Assembly (NCBI GenBank): GCA_963693365.1
Contig: CAVNZM010000012.1
Location: 1,922,001-1,986,000, forward strand
Direction: 5' to 3'
DNA from: Amoebidium appalachense
Taxonomy: Eukaryota; Protista; Ichthyosporea
Length of the DNA: 64,000 bases
Position numbers and translations under genes: made by a program. Under the pieces are notes generated by a model. The model saw nothing but the letters and a program-made list of their open reading frames with translations. It searched no databases and was not told the origin of the DNA. Positions 1 to 28,479 of this stretch are shown piece after piece. The first letter of the stretch is position 1. Every line of letters begins with the position of its first letter.

Positions 1-344
1 TGTGTTTTGCAGTATGCAGCCCACTCACAGGTATATTTTTCCGTCAGTGGTTGGTATTTATCGGGGCTTGTTTCGTGTGGCTGTGTATTATGTCATCGTT
101 TGTCGCTCGTTACCCAATGGTTTGCTTGCATGTGTATGCATGCATTAGTGCCACAGGTGAGGAAAGCACGCGCGCTTGTGCAAGTGGTTCCTGTGCCTGT
201 GAGGCAGACCTAATCACAATCTACAGACTGCAGTTGCATGTACTTGCGTTGACGTGTGCACGTGTTTTTTATGCGCGTGTGCACACGCTAACATCCGTGT
301 ACGTGCCTGTGTGTACGAGTAACTCCGCAAGGCAGTATGTGCGT

Positions 345-8667
<8,323 letters not shown>

Positions 8668-10685
8668 TTTGAGTGACGCCTTGAAGGCAAATCTCACTCT
8701 GAGGGGATTAACAAAAGTGTTACAAAGATTGCACAAGTGAGCACTTCACAAAACACTACGCAAAAAAAAAAAAAAACGGCGCAATGAACGAAGCTGCTTG
8801 GGCACTAAACTGATTGAACTCGCACATACAAACCACACAGCCCATTGACCAAGAACTGTTTCATGCCATGAAAACTCTCTCCCCATCCTTGACTGTTTCA
8901 AGTAATCCCCACCGGCTTTATCTCGTGCCTTACTAACAAGTGAGCATGCAAATTCCAGAGTCTGCTCGAATACAGTCCGTTTTGCTTCTGTAAAAACAGT
9001 ATACCACAGCACATGCGCTTGGCCATGTAAACCTTCCCTCCACCCCGGGCCCAGCCATCCCCCCTCCGCTGCTTTCCTCTTTCCCCTACCCCCTTTATTC
9101 CACAACAAATCCTATTCAAAACAACACACTTACCAGCAAATGTGACGCTATGTTCTCTACCAAGCAAACACAGAGTCAGCTTGCAGCGCCACTCAGGTAG
9201 GTGACGAACATCGGCAAAAGATTTTCTACACCACAGCTCGTTGCCACGACATGGCAAAACTAAGGCTAGGACAAGACAAAACCTCTGCAACTACACAAAT
9301 ATCTCTCTCTTAACTCCTATAACTCGTCCACTGTCGCTTATAAAACAGCAGGCGCATATACAACTTCAGCAAACAAAAACGTGAAAATTTTAGTTGCTGT
9401 CCGCGACTCGCTGTTTGAGCACAAACGATGAGCCGCCCGCGCACCCAAAAACACTCCGGATCAAAACTTTTGAAGACCCTAAGGGGTTTACAAAGACCCT
9501 AAAAGCTCGAAATCGTCCAATCAGCGATCGCCAAATTAAACGGGGTAGCCGATTCGGCTTTTCGATTTTCGAGTTTTGGTTGATCATGATGGTTTTGCCG
9601 CAGCGCCATGCCGAAAAAAGGACAGGCTGTATTCGCATCACATGATAGTAATGCACAAACAACTTGAGAAACTAATTTTTTTTTCATGAGAGCTACGATG
9701 GCGTCAACTGCGTTGCCAAAATTGTAGAAAGTCCGCTTCTTCTTGTTTCTCTGCAAGCCAATCCAAATTTCCCGGTTTCCTTTCCCAAAATATCCTACAC
9801 CAACTGGAATTTCGGGATGCCTATGCTCTTCGACTCGACTCGCTATCCACGCAAGACTCGGCCGCGGCGTTTCTTGATCCTATAAGCTCGCAAGTACTCG
9901 CAAAAAACTGTTGTTAAATATTTCTGTACATGCAGAATATATAGAAGAGGAAAAAATAAGCGAAAATATTATTTTATATCATAGCAATTAACTTTTTTGG
10001 GTTCCCTTTTGCTAACTGTGGCTTTACTTTGTCTGTCTTACATTACGACAAAGAGAGCTCGACCCGAACCATTTATACATCGAATCGGACCTGAGTCAAG
10101 TCAATGACGTCACTGTTTTTTGATTTCTGGGCGGCACATGGGTCATGTGTGTGGCAACCGGGCGAATCGCACACAGAACTTTTGACTTGTGAGTTTCTCG
10201 TTTTTTTTTTTCTCCGTGTGTCTGAGCATTCTTTAGTGTTTTTTGAACGAGTTCAAGGTATCAGGAGAGAAATAAGGCTGAATTATGATAGTGCATTTTT
10301 GGCAGATTCGTGCTCTAGTGTAGACCTAAGCTCTGTTCAGGCTAGTGTTTGGAGGAAGGAGAGTCGTTGAGGAGTAGTACAGCTGAGCTTCTGCTTGCGT
10401 TAAAAGACTGGTGTATTCGCCGTTTTGTTGGCGCTATTTGCTAACGACAAGGTTTCCTTTTTTTTATAGGTTTGGGCCGTCTATATACATACCTACATGC
10501 CTGAGCGTACAAGTGTAATCAACTTCCCAACAATCATAGCTGTCAACTTTCTGCTCTCTCTTTCTCGCTACAGCTGTGTACTGCTGGTGTTTAGCAGTTT
10601 GTGTTTAGAGTAGCTTCTATAGACTTGGATAGCAAAATTGACTTTCTTCCTTCTTTACGCGCAGGGCTCTGCAGAGATCGTCACC

Positions 10686-16529
<5,844 letters not shown>

Positions 16530-17807
16530 TTTATCTCTGTGTGTCTGTATTATTGTATATCAGTGCTTGGGTGTCTATGCGTGCCCTTTTTCTGACGTGG
16601 TTTACCGTGCATGTGACATCATGTGTTTTACGAGCTACGTTGCGTATGGGCGGATATATCATTGCCCGGTGCATTTGTATTTCAAGTGTTAGTTTGACAA
16701 ATAAACTTGCAGACCGTGAGAGGATTTCGATGACAGTAATATGCAATATGCACACGCGGTTTGGACACTATGCACACCCTTATGCTACTCGGCCCGTGCC
16801 CTGAGACCTGGGCCTGGGTTGCAATTTGTTCCCTCCCTTCCCCTCCGCCCCCCCCCCGCCCGCCTGCCCGGCGGCTCCGTACTACTAAGGGTGAATGTTC
16901 GGTCACGTTTGTGGAAACTACCTCTTGTTTAGTCTTCATACATATTGTTTCCTTAGACCGTCGTTTTGATTGCGAGGGGACAATTCCCAAAAAAAAAAAT
17001 TGATGTTATAAGGATGGTGCTCTACCAGTTGCTTGAGATCCACCCATGCACAGTTTGCGCCTGATTCCAATCGCTAAGCTTCTTTTGCTGCTAAAAAAGG
17101 CTAGTTAGATCATCTGTATTTCGATTGGTCGGCTGGAAACTGGGGATTCGTCGATCTATGGGTTCAAATCACGCCACTAATGATACACAACGGCAACAAA
17201 AGCTACTACATACAGTGACAATGAAACTTTCGAAAGGCCCAGTTTTCAGAAGAAAGAGAACTCGCTAACCTAGGCTACTGTAGCATACTGGGTGCTCTAA
17301 TATTAGTAGGTTAGTTTTTAGTTGTGATAGTTACAGCATCAGTCTCGGCTATACAAGATAGCGAAGTGATGCAGTGTTGGGATTTTCGGCAGTCGACCAT
17401 CATTTCAGTGATTTCAGGCCATGTGTACACTTGTTGCAGCAGATACTATGCTTCTAATATTAGCGTAGTTCTACAAGTAGTTAGCAAGTGTCCAAGTTTG
17501 TCAGCCATAATTATTAATACTTACTCCGGCGTCTGTCCTGCGCCTCACTCGTTCTGTCTGGATCCTGGGGCCTGAACGGATCAATCCCTGTCCTTAGCTC
17601 TGCATAGATCCAACCGAATTCAAATTTAGGTGGAAGCTCGCTAGATCTCTGAACTACGGATTTTTTGTTCAAAGACACCGGAGGATCCAATGCAACCTCG
17701 TAGTAGCTAAAGCCTGTTTGTAACACGTGTACGAGGTGATGAACGACGGCTGCGGAACACTGTACACCACGTGCAGGCATTGAACTCTAGCCTAGGCTAT
17801 GTGCAAG

Positions 17808-18287
17808 ATGGAGTCGGACATAACAAATGCTCTGGATGAGCCTATCCTAACAGCAACTGCACCGGCTGAAAACGGAGGGTCGTTCAGGTACACACTCACA
17901 CTACCCATTGAACTGCAACACAGCTGTGAGTCAGGGGAACCTTATTTTTCTTTTTCAGGTGTAAAAAAAAAAGAAGAAGAAACAGATATAGATATGTGGA
18001 TCTTGGCATGCCTGCCCGTAGATGTAGGATCGAGGAAGAGCATTCCCATATTTGCCTACAGATCTAGGGTGTCAAGCATTGCCAACACTTATCCCACATA
18101 TTTGGAATGGAAAACCTGTAACTAGTTGGGGATCCGTAATTGTTGCTCCGTTGTAACAGCAATCGGGCGGTATATACCACCCCTCCTTTCTCCCCTCCCC
18201 CTCCCTCCCCTCCCCAGCCCCGAACCTCCTAGCCTCCCCTCCTTACAGGTCACACTTCTATCCAAGGACGCCCATGCCCTCCCCGCC

Positions 18288-18322
<35 letters not shown>

Positions 18323-18356
18323 ACCACCACCACCACCACCACCACCACCACCACCA

Positions 18357-18434
<78 letters not shown>

Positions 18435-18929
18435 CTTCCGGCCGTTCTCGCCTGCTTCCATCCCCAGCTTACCTTCTCCACACACACCCGCCTGCTCTCT
18501 TCTTCACCACACCAAATTAACACTCTCCTCCTAAAAGTTAGTCCGTTCTTTCACTCTCTCGACACACATGGCGCTGATGTTACCTCTATTTTTGCAGGCC
18601 TGTACCTACTGGCCACCACATACGCCAGCCGTCTGCTACATTGTCTTTGGGGGATGTTATTGTTCCCCATGCCCACGGCCCAGCCGACTCAGACACCCTT
18701 CTGAATGTGAGTGGGGGTGGTAGGCCACGCAAAGTGGGGTAAGTATTCCCTTTCCTTGATTCTGTATTGCGGGGAAGAGCCCTCCCTCCCCCCCCCCCCC
18801 CTTCCCCCCAGCACCGCTGCCGCCCTCCCCCCCAAACCCCTCTCTCCGTTCGAGTGACAGCTACTTTGCTGTTATGTAACCCCCTCTCCCCACCCCTCCC
18901 ACACACACACACACCCTCTCTCCCTTCCA

Positions 18930-18988
<59 letters not shown>

Positions 18989-19478
18989 ACACACCCGACC
19001 ACCCACCCAATCACCCTTCCCGTCTCCTCCTTCACGGCATAGCCCCATTATTCCCCTCCGATGTCCCCTCCCTTTCCCCCTCCCCGTCTCCTTCCTTTAC
19101 CCCCTTCCCCGGAACCCATCCACCCCTCCGCCCATTTCCTTTTCACCCCACTCTGAGTCCAACTGCCACTACCATGTACCCCCCTCCCCTCCCCCTATCC
19201 CCCCCCCCCCCCCCCCCCCCCCCCGTGTTGCCGCCGCCACCTCCCTCCCCTTCTTCCCAGTATTCCAACCTCATCCCTAGTTGTTGCTATCTTCATTTCA
19301 CCACTATGTTAAAAAGCTGCTGTCTTCATCCCACCTCTCTTCCTCCACCGAATCATTACATCCCTGAAACACCTTGCAGAACAACCTACACACCGGGAAC
19401 CCCCGTTAACTTCTTTGGGGAACCGGATTATGTCTTCATACAGGGAAAGTGACTGAAATTCTACTCACACACACTCGT

Positions 19479-19542
<64 letters not shown>

Positions 19543-19712
19543 GGCTGCGAAAGTCACTGCAGCGCAACAGCAAGCTGGTGCTGATGCTGTGTCTTCTCTA
19601 CCTCGTGGCAATAGGTGAGTGGGGGGGAGGGGGGCGGAGGATTAGGGGTGGGGGATTCTTAAAGTGCTCTGGCTTTCCAGCTGTCCAGTAAACCTAATTA
19701 GTTCTTTATTTC

Positions 19713-19744
<32 letters not shown>

Positions 19745-20552
19745 TCCCCCCCTTTCCCCAAAACTCCCCCTGGCCCTCCCCCTGGCCCTCCCTTAGTATG
19801 GGTTCTGCGGACGATGCTTACTCGTCGTGTGCTTTGCAGTATCTGCAATGTATTGTCGCAGTCGCAAATCTATACCTCCTACCCTGCAACGCATTCTAGC
19901 GCAAACCCCCCCCCCCCCCCCCTCCTCCTCCTTTTCCTCCTCCTCCCTCCCCCCCCCATCTCTCTTCCTCCCCCCCCCCCCCCTCCCCCCCCGCCCCCTC
20001 GTTAATACTTCTTGCATGTGATGTTTTGTACGGTTGCTCTGTCTCTTTCTGGTCCCGTTCTGTCAAGCATGTTGCTTCGTTTCAAATTTACACCTCATTC
20101 TTACCCATCTTACTCTTTCTCTATCTCCCTCCCGGTCCTTCCCCTTTCCTCTCCCTCCCTCCCTCCCTCCCTCCCTCCCTCCCCTTTCCTCCCTCCCCCC
20201 TCCCCCTTCCCCCTTCCCCCCTCCCCTCCCCCCCCTTCCCCCCCCCCTGCCCCTGCAGGGTCCATGGTGATGCTTGTGTATTTGACCCTTAATAACGATA
20301 AGGGCCTATGGTTGGCTCTGATTGCCCTCGTGCTCTCCGCACTCCCGGCAGGTATGGTGGTGCTATTTGACCCCCTCCCCCCCCCCCCCCTCCCCCTCTC
20401 CCTTCCCTCCTTGTTCGCTTTCTCCACCCCCCCCCCCCCCCCCCCCCCGTCCCAAGCACACACACACGCACACACGCACACACACACACACACACACACA
20501 TACGCATACCCACACACATACGCACCGTGTATGCACATGCCGGCGCGTGCGC

Positions 20553-20620
<68 letters not shown>

Positions 20621-20676
20621 AGGCCCTGATGTCAGCCCCTACAAGAGTCTGCCTTTGTGCTTTCCACCGCTTAGAG

Positions 20677-20710
<34 letters not shown>

Positions 20711-21210
20711 CCCCCCCCCCTCCTTCCTCCCCCACTGCCACCACCCAGACTTCTTGAGGTGACCCCTGACTTTTTTGCCACCCAGTCACACCCTGCACTC
20801 AATATTACAAACAAATCAATTGATGTGATCGGCACCTGCTGAGTTTCTCTTTTTGGGTGAGTGGTTCGACGCTGGTAACGTGGATGTAGTGGGCCCCTCT
20901 GACGACTGTTTTCTTAATGTCGCAAATTTTTGTGTGCCCCCTTGGTCCCCCCCACCCCATCTCCCCCACCCCCCTCTCTCTCTTTCTCCCCCCCCCACCC
21001 CCTTCCCCCCCCCCCCCCCCCCCCCCCCCCCGTCCCCCCTTCTCCCCCCCACCCCCCCCCCTTTTTTTTTTAAACGAGTTCTGCATTAACGTACTAATTG
21101 CTGTACTTCATACTAAGGCACTCCCAACCTCATCCCCATACACACACACACATATTTCCCCACGCAAACACAAACACGTGTGTGTCTATGCGCCAACCGC
21201 GCAGCGCGCG

Positions 21211-21277
<67 letters not shown>

Positions 21278-21364
21278 GCAGCCTACTACACGTATACCAT
21301 CTACCAGATTATCAACTACCCGACCCGCTCCCGGCGCATCTACATCATGCCCCACTGGAGGTAG
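17808..21364 (+). CDS. Small two-TM membrane protein, TMEM230/TMEM134-like (6 exons, ~178 aa)
   Basis: Phase-consistent GT-AG model: 17808-17887, 18598-18738, 19380-19448, 19544-19614, 20259-20351, 21282-21364. C-terminus [56 protein letters not shown] resembles the TMEM230/134 two-helix P-x-x-Y pattern. Family call is from memory only. Confidence 0.6.
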
Positions 21365-21627
21365 TCTCACGTGACGACCCCGTGTGACGTCATTTTTTAA
21401 GACTTTCCCGATAATTTTCCATATACGATCTGTTGTGATTACTGAATGTGCTAAGTACGACTTTGTGAGTCGTAGTTGAATGCAGTGCGAGTGTTTAGGA
21501 CTGATGATTTTCATGAAGGTATCAATCAGCTTAGCTCAGGCCCTGTTCGGCCGTTTTTGGCTTTTTGGGGTGCCAAGCAAACACTGAGGTTTGAAAAACT
21601 TGTGAATTTGTGTGTGGTTTTAATTCC

Positions 21628-21658
<31 letters not shown>

Positions 21659-21879
21659 CGTGCGTGCGTGCGTGCGTGCGTGTGTGTGTGTTTTTTTTGT
21701 TTTTGTTTGTTTCTGTTTTTTTTCTTTTTGGGGGGGGGGAGGGGTCCTTTTGGCACATTTATCAGTGTTGTGTGTGTGCTTTTGCTTTTGTCCGTGCGCA
21801 GGGGTTCTGCTTTCAAACCGCAGTACTTCTTTTTTTCGTTTTCTCCTTTCTCTTTTTTTTTTTTTTGGTGTGTGTGTGT

Positions 21880-21925
<46 letters not shown>

Positions 21926-21996
21926 TAGATGAATTCTTATTGATTGCATATGATGAATGGACCTCTTTGGTCATGCACGTACGTAGCACCTATAAT

Positions 21997-22106
21997 GCAT
22001 GTATGTGCCTTGATTTGCTTCAACTTGTGCTAAATCAAAACAACTTCATAGCATGTATGTGCCGTGATTTGCTTCAACTTGTGCTAAATCGAAACACCTT
22101 CATAGC
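21997..22106. repeat. Tandem duplication, ~54-bp unit x2
   Basis: GCATGTATGTGCC(T/G)TGATTTGCTTCAACTTGTGCTAAATC(A/G)AAACA(A/C)CTTCATAGC occurs twice. Confidence 0.85.
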
Positions 22107-22950
22107 TTTAGCTTTAGTTCTGAAATCGAACATGATAAGAGTCCATTGTGATACCTTAATCTCTTGTTGCCTTTGTTCTAACAAATGAGGTATAATAATT
22201 TAGTCACCTTTTGTATTGGTGTTATAGGTGTTTTTTCAGAAGCTTGAACCGATAGGATCGGTCATTAAATCCAGTCCTCGCAATCGAGTGTGAATCTTCA
22301 GCCACCGTTGATCGAACGGTTCAGGCCTGTGTCCCTTCCCCCCACCCCCCCCGTCCCCCCCGTCCCCCGACACACACACGTGCATACGCACATATACACA
22401 CACATGCACACACACACACCGTCCCTTGCCTAGTTAGGCTTCCCCCCCTTCCCCCCTCCCCCCACCCACCTTCCCCCCCTCCCCCCCCCCCCCCCCCCCT
22501 CCCCCCCCCCCACCCACCCACCCACCCACCCCTTCAACTCAGATCTAGCCCTCTCTTGAGCTCCCTTCATTCTTGCAGAGTTGGTATAATGCTTGTCATC
22601 ACCTTCCAAATGAACATGCAAATCATTCACAGCCCTGGGCCAGATATATAAATGACATTGCAATTGCAGTGTGCATACACAGTGACAATGTTCTCTTGTC
22701 GCAAGATGTGTGCGATGCTACCGGGGGAAGGATAGGGCCCAAGGGGTGGTACCGATCTGTGTGTATGTGCGTGTTTGTGTGTGTGTGTTTTTTTTTTTTT
22801 TTTTTTTTTTTTTTGGGGGGGGGGGGGGGGGGGCTTGTGTGTGCTCCTGCGATTCTTATATATATGAGAGAATCAACAGGCGGTAGCTAAAGGTTGCCCC
22901 CCGGGGGAAGGAGGGCTGGGGCGGGGGGGGGGGGGGGGAGGGGGGGGGGG

Positions 22951-22993
<43 letters not shown>

Positions 22994-23006
22994 ACGGGCA
23001 TGTGGC

Positions 23007-23053
<47 letters not shown>

Positions 23054-23419
23054 GTGTGTGCGTGTGCGTGCGCGTGCGCGTGCGATTGCGCTTGCACGTG
23101 CGCGTACGCATGTGCGTGTGCGTGTGCGTGTGCGTGTGCGTGTGCGTGTGCGTGTGCGTGTGCGTGTGTTTTGGTGGGGTAGGGGGGGTACGAGGGGCAT
23201 GTGTGTGCACCTGTGATCTCGGAGAGGAGAGAAATGCGGTAGCAAAAGGTTGCCTGCCAGTGGAGAGGGGGGGGGGGGGGAGGGGGGGGAGGGGAAGGGG
23301 GAGGGGGAGGGGAGGGGGGAGAATGGGTGGTTTTGGGGTGCGTGTACACGGGGGCGACGGTCGGATCTAAGAGGGTAAGGGGGAGGGGGGGAGGGGGGAG
23401 GGGGGGGGGGGGGGGAAGG

Positions 23420-23453
<34 letters not shown>

Positions 23454-24195
23454 GGGGGAGAGGGGGGAGGAGGCGCAAACGACCAACAGCAAACTTGTGT
23501 TTGCTTACTTCGTGTGCCGTTTATATACATGTACAGCCGGCCAGCAAAACATATCCGTTCAAACACTAACAGAGCCGAAGAACGTGCCCTAAACAAAGAT
23601 CAATATTCTGAAGCCACCGAGAAGAAAAATTGAAGAACCGTGAGACCTAACATACCACACAGGTGGGACTTTTGAGGGGAAGCCGTTGAAGGTAAAAAAC
23701 CCAAATGTTTTCGAGGTGACAAATAGGTACATAAGCGACTCTATGATATGTGAGCCAGCCGCCTTTTGAAACTTAGTTTCGTCCTGGTGTGTGATGAATT
23801 GTTCAAAGCACAAGCACGAAACTCGCATAACCCAATAATTATTTGGCAAACGGCAAAATAGATGCGTACAATCCCAACCCTTCCTGCACGTAAATTAACC
23901 CGGAATGGGTGAAGTAAAGATAAAAAGAGATTCAAAGGTCTAGAAAATGATGTTCTAAAGATCCCCAATGTGTTTTCGTGTGTGTATGCCCAGCAGAACT
24001 GAAATGTGCGAAAGTGACCAAAAGTCAGCACATATGTGCATGCTTAGGGAAACCTTTTTCTACTATTTTCCGATAACTTGATAGAAATGCTTTCAAATCA
24101 GTTTGTCTGGCCAAGGAGTTACTTGCACTTTGAACCCTCCGAGTAACAGGTATGTGGCCAGTCTGAGAAACAAATTTTGCTTGCTGCCACTTTTC

Positions 24196-24564
24196 TCAAA
24201 CGTTTGCCGAGGGCCTCGGTATGTTGTACTTCTGTCTAATCTCATCAGCGCGTGCCTGCGAAGCCGTCCTTCTCTCTTCAGTTCGCTCGGCCCGCTCGTT
24301 ACTTTCCTTGATTGACATTTCATCATTCTGCCTGATGAACCTATCTGCCTTTCTCCTCTCTCTGCGCTTGCACCAGCAGCAGCAACAACCGAGAACGATG
24401 AGAATAAGAATCACGCCCACACCCACTCCGACGGCTATAGCAATCTTCTTTTGTTGATCCGTCATGTCAGAGAAACTCCATGCTGTGACAGAGGGGATCA
24501 TGCCTGCAAAGACACAAAGGAAAACAGGAAGCAGCCCCGTTGCTGTGCCTTGAGAAAACCCCAT
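24196..24564 (-). CDS. PTTG1IP-like single-pass membrane protein lacking the PSI ectodomain (intronless, 122 aa)
   Basis: Signal-peptide-like N-terminus, ~12-residue ectodomain, TM IAIAVGVGVGVILILIVLG, Cys cluster CCCCWC plus basic stop-transfer, and charged tail ending EERRTASQARADEIRQKYNI, matching the PTTG1IP-type tail (EERR...DEIRKKYGL). Confidence 0.75.
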   Translation of the reverse strand: MGFSQGTATGLLPVFLCVFAGMIPSVTAWSFSDMTDQQKKIAIAVGVGVGVILILIVLGCCCCWCKRRERRKADRFIRQNDEMSIKESNERAERTEERRTASQARADEIRQKYNIPRPSANV

Positions 24565-27417
24565 GTTTAAGAACTAGACGGTAGGATATTAAAAACGAGT
24601 TGGGTATAAACAGACGCAATGACTGCCTTATGAGCAGTACCCGTATTTTCTTGCCTGTGTGCTCCTTTGACAAAAACAAAAACATCCAAATTTAAAACTG
24701 AACGTTTTGTTTTTTCTTGCTGCCCCACTTTGGCAAACGGCGCACCAAGGGATGACGCAAGCTGATGACGCATCCGGTGAAAAAATCAATGAATTAAAAC
24801 ATTCATGCCATCTAACAATTCGTTTCGAGCCCCGCACATAAGTTAAACATCATTTATTAATTTTTAAACATTACTACAAATTTTGATTATCACGAGTTTT
24901 ATGATACCAAGATAGCTACACACTGTTGAACACCCTTGACTCCTCACGCCCCCCGATGACAGTAGTGGCACACTGTGGCAGTGGACAATGCACCCCTATC
25001 TGGCAGTGTACACAAAAGCATGTTCTAACCGAGATTGGGCTCACGTGAGTCACCATCGCCGTGGGGAACCCACTACAAAAACTATAGATCGTTTATTCAA
25101 TTTATAAAATAAATTCTTTCAGTCTCGAAAGAAATTCAATATGTTCTGTATTTCAACTCTAAGGAGATTGTGTTTTTTGGCTCAGCGACACCCGGGCCCC
25201 AGCCTGCTCCCTGAGCAGGCTGACTCCGATAGAGGGGTTGGGGGTAAAAAGATTGATGATGTTTCAGCTATAGTACTCTAGCCTCTCAACATGGAGGGGT
25301 ACGGATATTTTTGGATATAGAAATGTGCAAAAAAAAAAAAAAAAGCGGACCTTTCTATTTTTTTTTCTCTCTCTCTGCCCTTTCTTTTTCTTTAAAACTA
25401 ACCCCCCCCCCCCCCCCCCCCCCCCCTTCTTCTCTCCCCGAGGCTCTCCTTCCCTCTCCGAGGCTTCCTCTCTCTATGCTTCCTCTCTCTCCCCCTCCCT
25501 TATCACCCCTCTTCCTTTCCTATCTCTCCCGCCCTCTGTGTTGCCCCCCCCCCCCCCCCCCCCCCTCCCCCCCCCCTCCTCCCCCCCCCCCTCCCCCCTC
25601 TTCTCTCCCCGAGGCTCTCCCCTCCCCTCTCCGAGGCTTCCTCTCCTCCCCCCTCCTCCCCTTGTCACCCCCCTCTTTCTTTCCTCTCTCTCTCCCCCCC
25701 CCCCCCCCCTCTCCGTGTGCCCCCCCCCACACACACACACACTCCCCCCTCTTTCTTCAACCCCATTCCTCCCTCGGTCTCTCCCTCTCCCTCCCCCTTC
25801 CTCTTTTGCCTTGCGAGTCAGCCTCTCAGGCTCTAACTTCTTCTCTCGCTCAGGCGCTTCGTAGATCCCTTCATTTCTCTCCCTACGTAAGCTCTCCTCT
25901 CTCTCTTTTTGCAAGCCTCCATCTCTCCCCCCCCTCTCCCCCCCCCTCCCCCCCCCCCCCCCCCCCTCCCCTCCCCCCTCCCCCCGCCCAAATAAAGAAA
26001 AAGGGCACCCACTCCATTTACCCTCCCCCACACCTTTTCAGGCTCCAATGGAATGCGGCCGGTACGACCACCCAGAGCATTTTGGCATCTGATACCAGAG
26101 ATCCACAATTTCTGGGAAACAAAGTGGCAGATGCCATATATATGGGTGTGTGCTAAGTGTTTGTTTTTCTCCGGCCCTTTTCTTTTCTTTTTTTCTTTCC
26201 TCCTTGTGCTCTCCTCCCCCCCCCCCCCCCCGCCAAGATCCTACCTGAGGCTGGGAAAATGGGACCAGGAGGGTAAGGGCTGGTAGTTTGGTTGGGGGGG
26301 GGACCGACTAAGGTTAGAGAAGGCAGGGGGGAAGGGGGGGGAAGGTTTTCATTTTTATTTATTTTTTATTGGGGGGGGGGGGGGGGGGAGGGGATGCAGG
26401 GGAAAAGGGGGGGGGGGGGGGGGGGGGGTAGGGGTGGGTGGGCCGGGGCCTATATATGTTAAAAATGTTGATGTCATATTACTAAGTTTTTTTTTATTAG
26501 CAAATAAAAAGCATTATATTGCTACGAGAAAGTGCACCTAAGTGGCTGCGCTGGAAAATGCAGGAAGCCGCTAGGTGAGGCTGGGCCCCCAGACATGAAC
26601 GTTTTAACCTGTTCATACCGGCAAATTTCCCTAGATAGTCACTTCAGAAACACAGAAACAGATGCAAAAGTATACTAAATAATGATATTTCCCCCAACCC
26701 AAATTAGAAACATATGTAGGTAAGACATATGCGCGTCGATATTCACAATTTATTTGAGCTTTTTATCTCGATTTTGAGCCGCAATAGAGTTGTTTAGAGC
26801 TGTTTAGAGCTGGCCAAATGTCGTGTTAGGAGACCCAAAAAAAAAATCTAGTGGCCTCAATTATCGGATGACTACTTCTAAGGGGTATCCATCTGGTTCT
26901 TCATTATTATGCACAGTACTGTCTTTAGGGGCTTATTTCAGGCGGTGGCGTCCACCGGGGGGGAGGGAGGCGGGGGGGGGGGGGGGGGGGGGGGAGGGGG
27001 GGGGGAGGGGAAGGGGGGGTTTGCTCGAGGGGAGAAGGGAAGGGGAAGAGTGGGAGCGGAGGTGGGGAGGGAGGACGGAAGGGGGAGAAAAGGAAAAAGA
27101 GGGGAAGGGGAAGGGACAAGGAGAGGAGGGGGGTTGCTTGCATGCTTTCATGTAACATTATTGAGTCCGAATGTGTGTTTGTGTGACGGCGTGTGTGCGT
27201 GCGTGCGTGTCTGCGTACGTACGTGCGTGCGCGTGTGCGTGTGTGCGTGCGTGCGTGCGTCCGTGCTGGGGGAGGAGGGGGGGGGGGGGGGGGGGGGGGT
27301 TGGTCAGGCACTTCTGAATTGGAGCAGAGGGGCGGGGGTTGAATAGGTGGTGGGTGTGTTAGGCAGGGAGGGAATTGGGGGTAGGGGTTTGTGATAAAAT
27401 TGAGCGCGCCGGGGGGC

Positions 27418-27452
<35 letters not shown>

Positions 27453-27678
27453 AGAAGGGAGGGCCGGGGGAGGGAGAGGGAGGGAGGAGGGGGGGGAATA
27501 TACATGTGTTTATGTCATGTTAGGGGGTGTTAAAGCTCCGTTTGTGTGGGTGCACAAGCGGTGCATGTGCAGGGGGAGTGACTGTACGTGAGCCATATCG
27601 TGGGTGTGTATGTGCTTGTGTGTGTGTGTGATAGTGTGTACATGTATGTGTGTGGGTTTGTGTGTGTATGTGCTATTT

Positions 27679-27715
<37 letters not shown>

Positions 27716-28479
27716 GTGCGTGTGTGTGCATGTATGCACGTATTTGTGCGTGTGTGCGTACACTGTGGCATATGTATGTTAGGTGCCCTGCCAAAGTGTG
27801 AGCAGGGTGGGAGGCAGTCGGGCAGGTAGACAGACTTGCGCCAAAAGGGGGAGTGGGGGAGACCGAGAGGGGGGGGGGGGGGGGGGGGAGGGGGGGGGGA
27901 GGGGGGGGGGGGGGGAGGCGTGTGGTAGATGTAGGGGGTGAGCGAGCAGGGAAATGCCTCTATTCTAATTTGCAAGTGCCGACATAATGGCTGCCCCCAA
28001 AAAGTTATAAAAAAAAAGTTTAATTGATTTCAAACAAAAAGGGATGGGACTTGCGAATTCTTTTTTTAATTTATGGAGTCTCTTTCGAAAATGCCACCAA
28101 TATGACATCTGTCTGCTCATGCAGAACAGTTAATTCGTGCATTTCCTACTACATTTTGCATTTCTACACAACAAAATCCTCGGGTTCAATTAGTATATTG
28201 GGATACTCACATCATTTCGTGAATCATTGATGATTGACTATCAACCGTGTGTGTCTGCATGTGTGGAGCACTGTATCATTATGGCTGGGGCTGTTTCCCC
28301 AACGGCTCAAGTTGCCTAAACTTGCCACCTTTACACAAGTGTAAGTAAACAACCCAGTGAAATAGACACTACCCTTACTCGTGTGGCAAGGTTTGGACTT
28401 AGTAAAAAATAAAACGAAAAAAACCATCCCCCCAAAACAACATGTACCAAGATCAAATGTGGGTGAAAAAGTGATTGGT

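Noticed and set aside
17125-17180. GGTTCAAATC B-box-like motif (tRNA or SINE?)
   Set aside because: No cloverleaf, acceptor stem or A-box could be built.
21997-22106. Repeat pair as a CRISPR-like array
   Set aside because: Two adjacent near-identical units with no unique spacers, in eukaryotic DNA.
22575-22750. Possible isolated exon (SWYNACHHLPNEH…)
   Set aside because: No partner exons or recognisable domain.
25201-25221. Hairpin AGCCTGCTC-CCT-GAGCAGGCT (Helitron 3' end?)
   Set aside because: No CTRR terminus at the expected distance on either strand.
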